DNA from: Chloroflexota bacterium
Lineage (GTDB): Bacteria; Chloroflexota; Limnocylindria; Limnocylindrales; CSP1-4
Direction of reading: 5' to 3'
Assembly: GCA_031407755.1 (NCBI GenBank)
Contig: JANOIS010000033.1
Location: forward strand, 1 to 50,729
DNA: 50,729 bases
A program made the position numbers and the translations under genes. The notes beneath the pieces are model-generated. The model ran no database searches, was not told the origin of the DNA, and was given only the letters and a program-made list of their open reading frames with translations. Numbering within the stretch: position 1 is the stretch's first letter; every line of letters begins with the position of its first letter. Shown piece after piece: positions 45,515 to 50,729 of the stretch.

Positions 45515-47164
45515 TTGCGAAAGCTTCTGATCGCCATCCTTGCCATGCCCGTGCTGGCCGTGGTCTATGCGACGACCGCGCTGGCTCGGTCGGGGTTTGT
45601 CCGCGGCGGGGTCGCCATCGGGCTTGGCACCATCATCGGCATGGCCGCGATGTCGCTCGTTCGGCCGTCCGTCACGACGGCCACACCTCCGACCGAGATC
45701 GTTCCGCTGACCCAGGCGGCGTTCAAGACGAGCGTGGCGACGGGTGTCGAGGTTGATGCACCGGCCACGATCACCTTCAGTACGGCCATGGATCGGGCGT
45801 CCGTGAAGGCCTCGCTGGTCGTCGAGCCGGAGACCGCGATCCAGCTGCGCTGGACGCCGGACGATGGGGCCGTGACGATCGTCCCGGTCGGGCACTGGGC
45901 CGCCGGTACGTACCATACGATCACCGTGCAGCCGGGCGCACTCGCCCGCTCGGGCCGCCCGCTGACTATCCCGGCCCGCTCGGCATTCTTGACGCGCGAC
46001 CCGGTGCTGGCTGTCCTGGCCGCGACGGATACCGTCGGCAAGCGGGTGGCGGTGGGCACCTCGTTCACGATCGTCTTCGACCGCGCGGTCGATTCGGCCT
46101 CGGTCGAGCCCGCCGTACGGCTGGATCCGCCCGTCGCCGTCGCCCTGACCGCAGGGGCCACCGTCGACGGATCGACGACGTTCACGTTCACTCCGGCAGA
46201 GACTCTTGCGGCCGATACCCGCTACCGCCTCATCGTCGAAGGGGTCCTGGACGACGATGGCGTCGCGGTTGCTCCGGTTTCGATGGCCGTGCGCACGTCG
46301 GTCGCCCCCGCGGTCGTCCGGTTCCGACCGGCAACGCGGGCCCAGGACATCGCCCGCACCGCGGATATCTCGGTCCGATTCACGAGCAAGATGGACCGCG
46401 CGAGCACGAAGCGCGCCTTCCGGGTCGAGCTTGGCGGCAAGCCGATCAAGGGAACGGTGAGGTTCGCCGAGGACGACACGGTCCTTGTCTTTGACCCGGC
46501 GGCGATCCTGCCGTATGGCTCGCGCGTGGTGGTGTCCGTCGCGGCGAGCGCTCGCAGCGCCGATGGTTCCCCGCTGGCGAAGGCCGAGTCAGTGGCGTTC
46601 CGGACGGTCCCAAAGCCGGCTCCGCCAAAACCGCCGGCCCCGTCGAAGCCGCCGGCCCCGCCGAAACCACCGGCCCAGGGCGGTGGGGGAGGTTCCGCGG
46701 GCTCGGGCAGCTGGACGGCCGTCGAGCGTTACTACCTTGGCTTGATGAACTGCACCCGAACCGGCGGAATCGTGACCTCCGGTGGCGACTGCAGCAGCCC
46801 CGGCGGTCGGAGCGTGGCGCCGCTCAAGCTGGACGCAGGCATCAGTTCGGCGGTCGCCCGTCCGTACGCCAAGAAGCTGGCCGTCGGTGCCGACTGCAGC
46901 CATTTCATCGGCGGCAACCCCGGCGATCGACTCCGCCGCGCCGGCTACACGAGCTACCGCTGGGCCGAGAATCTCGGCTGTCGCTCGGGCGACCCGTTCA
47001 GCGCCGTGCTGGGCAGCCACCGCTTCTTCCAGAGCGAGCGATCGTGGAGTCCGCTGGGCGGCCATTACGTCAACCTCATGAACAGCGCCTACGACCGAGT
47101 CGGGATCGGCGTGTGGGCGTCTGGCGGCCGGGTCCGCCTGGTGGTCGACTTCTACCACCCCTAG
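45515..47164 (+). CDS. Secreted protein with three SbsA/Big_5-type Ig-like repeats, a PxKPPA linker and a C-terminal CAP/SCP (YkwD-like) domain
   Basis: TTG 45515 gives a signal-peptide-like LRKLLIAILAMPVLAVVYATTALA; ATG 45545 is an alternative start. There are three repeats of the form ITFSTAMDRASV...V.P / IVFDRAVDSASV / VRFTSKMDRAST. The C-terminal region runs from YYLGLMN through to GHYVNLMNSAYDRVGIGV and is typical of CAP domains. Confidence 0.75.
   Translation: MRKLLIAILAMPVLAVVYATTALARSGFVRGGVAIGLGTIIGMAAMSLVRPSVTTATPPTEIVPLTQAAFKTSVATGVEVDAPATITFSTAMDRASVKASLVVEPETAIQLRWTPDDGAVTIVPVGHWAAGTYHTITVQPGALARSGRPLTIPARSAFLTRDPVLAVLAATDTVGKRVAVGTSFTIVFDRAVDSASVEPAVRLDPPVAVALTAGATVDGSTTFTFTPAETLAADTRYRLIVEGVLDDDGVAVAPVSMAVRTSVAPAVVRFRPATRAQDIARTADISVRFTSKMDRASTKRAFRVELGGKPIKGTVRFAEDDTVLVFDPAAILPYGSRVVVSVAASARSADGSPLAKAESVAFRTVPKPAPPKPPAPSKPPAPPKPPAQGGGGGSAGSGSWTAVERYYLGLMNCTRTGGIVTSGGDCSSPGGRSVAPLKLDAGISSAVARPYAKKLAVGADCSHFIGGNPGDRLRRAGYTSYRWAENLGCRSGDPFSAVLGSHRFFQSERSWSPLGGHYVNLMNSAYDRVGIGVWASGGRVRLVVDFYHP
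46622..46675 (+). repeat. 3 x 18-nt tandem repeat encoding (P-x-K-P-P-A)3
   Basis: ccgccaaaaccgccggcc / ccgtcgaagccgccggcc / ccgccgaaaccaccggcc, in frame within the linker of CDS 45515-47164. Confidence 0.85.
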
Positions 47165-47216
47165 ACCGGACCATCGGGCCCTGCCGGCCGGGTCATCCAC
47201 GGGCCACCATCGCGCC

Positions 47217-47555
47217 ATGATCCGTGAAGCCGTCCTCCACCTCAACAACGAACAACCGATGCGCGCCGACCTGTTCGAACTGCCCGAAGCGGCGGATGTC
47301 GGGCTGCGCTGCACCAACCTACGGACGATGAACGGTCAGCGACCGGTCTTCGTCGACGACTCGGCGGCCGTGTTCTTCTTTCCGTATCAGTTCGTCCGGT
47401 TCGTGGAGATCCCGCCGGCCTCGGTCATCGGAACGGACCTGCCGATGCCGGTCGCCGTGGCCGTGGCCGTTGCGCCCGTGGCTCCTGCGCCGCCGGTAGA
47501 GGATGACGACCTCGAGATCGACGAGGACTTCCTCCGGCGCATTCGCGAGGTCTGA
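47217..47555 (+). CDS. Hypothetical small protein (112 aa) upstream of topA
   Basis: The N-terminal 70 aa are coding-like (MIREAVLHLNNEQPMRADLFELPE...FFFPYQFVRFVEIPP). They are followed by an Ala/Val/Pro linker and an acidic tail, DDDLEIDEDFLRRIREV. I recognise no family and see no obvious Shine-Dalgarno. Confidence 0.5.
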   Translation: MIREAVLHLNNEQPMRADLFELPEAADVGLRCTNLRTMNGQRPVFVDDSAAVFFFPYQFVRFVEIPPASVIGTDLPMPVAVAVAVAPVAPAPPVEDDDLEIDEDFLRRIREV

Positions 47556-47574
47556 GCCGCCCTGCGCCAGGTAA

Positions 47575-47602
47575 GGGACAGTGCAGGACCCGGTGCTACA
47601 CT
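47575..47602 (+). promoter_or_regulatory. Promoter-like GGGACA-16 nt-(TGc)TACACT upstream of topA
   Basis: Extended -10 TGcTACACT at 47594-47602. GTG 47610 lies 7 nt downstream, so topA is a leaderless candidate. Confidence 0.4.
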
Positions 47603-47609
47603 CCCGGCC

Positions 47610-50024
47610 GTGCCAAAGAATCTCGTCATCGTCGAATCCCCGGCCAAGGCGCGCACCATCGAGCGCTACCTTGGCGCCGATTACCGCGTCCTGGCGTCCT
47701 ACGGCCACGTCCGCGACCTGCCGGAGAACCCCGGCAAGGGCAAGTTCGGGGTGGACGTCGATCACGACTTCGCCCCGGAGTACGTGATCAGCGAGGACCG
47801 GCGCAAGCAGGTCAGCGATATCGAGAAGGCCGCCCGGACCTCGGACATGGTCTATCTCGCGACCGACCTCGATCGGGAAGGGGAGGCGATCGCCTGGCAC
47901 GTGGCTGAGGCCGCCCACGTTCCGCTGTCCAAGACCCGCCGGGTCACCTTCAGCGAGATCACCGAGCCCGCGATCCGCGAGGCCTTTGCCAATCCGCGCG
48001 ACATCGATCAGAACCTCGTCGATGCCCAGCAGACCCGACGCATCGTGGATCGCCTGGTGGGGTACACCCTGAGCCCATTGATCGGCAAGAAGGTCCAGCG
48101 CGGCCTCTCGGCTGGTCGGGTCCAGTCCGTTGCGGTCCGTCTGGTCGTGGAGCGCGAACGTGCCATCACGGCGTTCACCGCCAGGGAGTACTGGACGATC
48201 CAGGCCATCCTTGCGACGGCCGCCGGCGAAACCTTCAGCGCCGACCTCGCGCGCATCGACGGGGTGGCCCTGGCTATCGCCGACGAGCCCACGTCGGACG
48301 CCCACGTCGCGGCGATCCGTGACCTCCGACCGGTCGTGACCAAGCTCGGTCTCAAGAAGCAGAAACGTACGCCCGCCGCCCCGTTCACGACGTCCACGCT
48401 CCAGCAGGAGGCCAGCCGTCGGCTGGGCTTCAGTCCCAAGCGGACGATGTCCGTCGCGCAGCGCCTGTACGAAGGCGTGGAGACGCCCGACGGCCACGTC
48501 GGCCTGATCACCTATATGCGCACCGATTCGACCGCGATCGCTGGCATCGCGATGGGCGAGGCCCGCGAGGTCATCCATGAGCGCTACGGCGAGACATACA
48601 CGATGCCCAAAGGCCGGGTCTACAAGACGAAGGCGAAGGGCGCTCAGGAGGCCCACGAGTCCGTTCGCCCGACAAGCTTTCGGCGCGACCCGGACACGAT
48701 GACAGCGTTCCTGAAGGCAGATGAGGCTCGGCTCTATCGGCTCATCTGGCAGCGCGCGCTGGCGTCACAGATGGCGCCCAAGGAGCTTGAGACCACCACG
48801 ATCGACCTGGCGGATGGCCGCTATGAGTTGCGGGCATCGGCCACCAGGGTGCTGTTCGACGGCTTCGCCATCGTCTATACGGAAGGTCGCGACGATGCGG
48901 TCGACGACGAGGAGAACGAGGCCGGCACCCGCCTGCCGGTGCTGGCCGAGCGCGCCGTGACGAGCGTCGACGCCGTGACGCCTACCCAGCACTTTACCGA
49001 GCCGCCGCCGCGATTCACCGAGGCGACCCTCATCAAGGCCCTCGAGGAGCATGGCATCGGGCGGCCCTCCACGTACGCTGCGACGATCTCCACGATCACG
49101 GATCGTGGCTATGTGCGGGTCGAGGAGCGACGGCTGCACCCGGAACCGGTCGCGGAGGTCGTGACGGACCTCCTGGTCAAGCACTTCGGCGACTACGTGG
49201 ATGTGGCGTTCACGGCGCGGATGGAGGAGGAGCTGGATGAGATCGCCCGGGGTGAGCGCGCCTGGGTATCGCTCCTGCGCGCCTTCTACGGACCACTCCG
49301 CGATCGGGTCGCCGAGAAGGACAAGGAGATCATCAAGGACGACATCACGACGGAGCCGTCCGATGAGGTCTGCTCCCTGGGCCACCCCATGGTCATCCGG
49401 CTGGGCCGCAACGGCCGATTTCTGGCCTGTTCGCAGTATCCGGAGCACAAGGAATCGCGGCCACTCCCCGGCGATGAGCCGCCGCCCCAGGCGGGCACCG
49501 GCGAGGTCTGTCCGACATGCGGCGAGGGGACCCTGGTCGGCAAGAGCGGGCGCTTCGGTCCGTTCGTGGGCTGTTCGCGATATCCAGACTGTACGTTCAT
49601 CAAGAAGGACGGCCCGCCGCCGCCCGATCCGCTCCCGTTCGAGGTGATCTGCCCCAAGAACAAGGACGGCATGCTCGTGCCTCGCCGCGCCCGGCGCACC
49701 GGCAACGTGTTCTGGGGTTGTGCCAAGTACCCCAAATGCGACTTCACGACCAACTTCGAGCCGCTCGGCGGCGTCCACGACAGTGACGATGGACCGCTGG
49801 CACGCAAGGGCGAGGCTGCGTTTTGCCTGGTCTGTGGGTCGACCAGCGATGTGGCCCCGGATGACATCGCCCCGGGTGAGCGCTACCCGGGCGGTCCGCC
49901 TGATCCCGCGGCGCTTGCGAAACCGGCCCGGGCCCGGAGCGCGGCACGAGCCGGGGCGGGCCGGGCGCGGCCCGGGGCGCGTGGCACGCGCAGCCGCTCG
50001 GCCGAGCCGGCACCAGGGGCGTGA
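47610..50024 (+). CDS. topA: DNA topoisomerase I
   Basis: TOPRIM N-terminus LVIVESPAKARTIERYLG, DLDREGEAIAWH, the active-site region GLITYMRTDS, and C-terminal C4 zinc ribbons (CPTCGEG...CSRYPDC, CPKN...CAKYPKC). Confidence 0.95.
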   Translation: MPKNLVIVESPAKARTIERYLGADYRVLASYGHVRDLPENPGKGKFGVDVDHDFAPEYVISEDRRKQVSDIEKAARTSDMVYLATDLDREGEAIAWHVAEAAHVPLSKTRRVTFSEITEPAIREAFANPRDIDQNLVDAQQTRRIVDRLVGYTLSPLIGKKVQRGLSAGRVQSVAVRLVVERERAITAFTAREYWTIQAILATAAGETFSADLARIDGVALAIADEPTSDAHVAAIRDLRPVVTKLGLKKQKRTPAAPFTTSTLQQEASRRLGFSPKRTMSVAQRLYEGVETPDGHVGLITYMRTDSTAIAGIAMGEAREVIHERYGETYTMPKGRVYKTKAKGAQEAHESVRPTSFRRDPDTMTAFLKADEARLYRLIWQRALASQMAPKELETTTIDLADGRYELRASATRVLFDGFAIVYTEGRDDAVDDEENEAGTRLPVLAERAVTSVDAVTPTQHFTEPPPRFTEATLIKALEEHGIGRPSTYAATISTITDRGYVRVEERRLHPEPVAEVVTDLLVKHFGDYVDVAFTARMEEELDEIARGERAWVSLLRAFYGPLRDRVAEKDKEIIKDDITTEPSDEVCSLGHPMVIRLGRNGRFLACSQYPEHKESRPLPGDEPPPQAGTGEVCPTCGEGTLVGKSGRFGPFVGCSRYPDCTFIKKDGPPPPDPLPFEVICPKNKDGMLVPRRARRTGNVFWGCAKYPKCDFTTNFEPLGGVHDSDDGPLARKGEAAFCLVCGSTSDVAPDDIAPGERYPGGPPDPAALAKPARARSAARAGAGRARPGARGTRSRSAEPAPGA

Positions 50025-50729
50025 ACCAGGTCGCGGGGGATCCTGCGACCCATCCGACGCTCCGGCGCTTCCTCCAGTCGCTGGCGGCGCGTGACGCATC
50101 CCCGCACACGATCCGTGCCTACACGACGGCCATCGGGGCCTATCTCGCCTGGCTGGACGCTCGCGGCGTGGACTGGGCCAGACCGGTCCGCTCGGATCTG
50201 CGCGGCTATCTCGCTCGACTCGGTGGCGGGACCTCGCGCACGACCGTGGCGCAGCGTCTGGCCGCCATCCGCTCGTTCCATCGGTGGGCCGCCCGTGAGG
50301 GCCTCGCGGCGGGTGATCCATGGGGTGCCATCGCCACGCCGCGGTTGCCTCGACGATTGCCACGGGTCCTGGAGGTGGATCAGGTCGGTCGGCTCCTGGC
50401 CGTCGTGGACGACGAGCTGACACGGGCCGAGTCGGCGAGCCCGAACCGGATCGACCTTGCCATGGCCCTCGCCCTGCGTGACCGGGCATTGGTCGAGACC
50501 GCCTACGCCGCGGGCCTGCGGATCAGCGAGCTGGCCGGCGCGGATCTCGGCTCACTCGATCAGCGGCGAGGCGAGCTCCGCGTGCTGGGCAAGGGGCGCA
50601 AGGAGCGCATCGGGTTGTTGGGGCGGCCCGCGCTGGCTGCCCTCGCCTCGTACCTGGACCACGGCAGGCCGATCCTGCTGGACCGGGCGGCCGGTGACAG
50701 GCCGTCCGCGGATCCAGCCCGAGCCCTGG
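50021..50729 (+). CDS. Tyrosine recombinase XerC/XerD (partial, runs off the window)
   Basis: GTG 50021 overlaps the topA stop (GTGA). The N-terminal SAM-like core-binding domain is PHTIRAYTTAIGAYLAWL...RLAAIRSFHRW. The catalytic domain begins ALRDRALVETAYAAGLRISELAG...LRVLGKGRKER (catalytic Arg and Lys regions). It is not in the ORF track because no stop falls within the window. Confidence 0.85.
   Translation, partial: MNQVAGDPATHPTLRRFLQSLAARDASPHTIRAYTTAIGAYLAWLDARGVDWARPVRSDLRGYLARLGGGTSRTTVAQRLAAIRSFHRWAAREGLAAGDPWGAIATPRLPRRLPRVLEVDQVGRLLAVVDDELTRAESASPNRIDLAMALALRDRALVETAYAAGLRISELAGADLGSLDQRRGELRVLGKGRKERIGLLGRPALAALASYLDHGRPILLDRAAGDRPSADPARAL

Noticed and set aside
48765-50489. 574-aa minus-strand ORF
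   Set aside because: It is antisense to topA and xerC. Its composition is Arg/Pro/Gly-rich, so it is spurious.
50021-50729. Tyrosine recombinase as a phage or ICE integrase marking a mobile element
   Set aside because: The N-terminal core-binding domain and the position after comM-dprA-topA match chromosomal XerC/XerD. There are no adjacent phage or conjugation genes within the window.
1-50729. CRISPR arrays, rRNA genes, insertion sequences and prophage genes
   Set aside because: I scanned for regularly spaced direct repeats, transposase or terminal-inverted-repeat signatures and rRNA-like stretches, and found none. The only repeats are in-frame low-complexity coding repeats (poly-Asp, PT-rich, PxKPPA).

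Overview
This is a very GC-rich, gene-dense stretch that looks like core chromosome from a high-GC Terrabacteria-type organism (Actinomycetota- or Chloroflexota-like; I cannot place it more precisely). I call about 48 protein genes and one tRNA-Met(CAT). I saw no rRNA, CRISPR array, transposase or phage integrase.

Gene content, left to right:
- SAM methyltransferase, then a receiver+CpaE/MinD-type ATPase, murI, a DUF2342-like Zn protease and a 2-hydroxyacid dehydrogenase, joined by 4-nt start/stop overlaps.
- ychF, a small poly-Asp protein and a PfkB kinase.
- A myo-inositol catabolic locus: LacI regulator, sugar ABC transporter and iolG-iolE-iolD on the minus strand, divergent from a transaldolase-family gene and iolB.
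- An MrfA/YprA-like DUF1998 helicase and an MrfB/YprB-like exonuclease operon.
- An FtsB-like gene, an NfeD-like gene, flotillin, a beta-carbonic anhydrase and a YpfJ-like peptidase.
- An ECF sigma factor with a frame-disrupted partner membrane protein, then tRNA-Met.
- ftsH, an M20 peptidase, a DnaB C-terminal-domain-only ATPase and a lipoprotein.
- ppa, thpR, a Pro/Thr-rich protein, trpB2, a Zn-ribbon mini-protein, tyrA, a NUDIX gene and an alpha/beta hydrolase.
- A second receiver+CpaE/MinD ATPase, comM, dprA, an Ig-repeat/CAP-domain secreted protein, a small ORF, topA and a partial xerC/D.

I do not see a clear-cut novel multi-gene system such as a defence island or mobile element. The best leads are:
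1. A Schiff-base transaldolase-fold gene translationally coupled to iolB, in an iol cluster with no recognisable iolJ or iolA.
2. A near-perfect LexA (Cheo-type) box in front of the MrfAB-like repair operon.
3. A frame break inside the ECF-sigma partner gene.
4. An orphan DnaB_C-only ATPase.
5. Two paralogous receiver-MinD/CpaE fusions with no pilus genes nearby, one with a degenerate receiver.
6. A recurrent TAnnnT box 6-8 nt upstream of start codons, which suggests widespread leaderless mRNAs.

All protein calls come from reading motifs in the supplied translations by eye. No database search was run.
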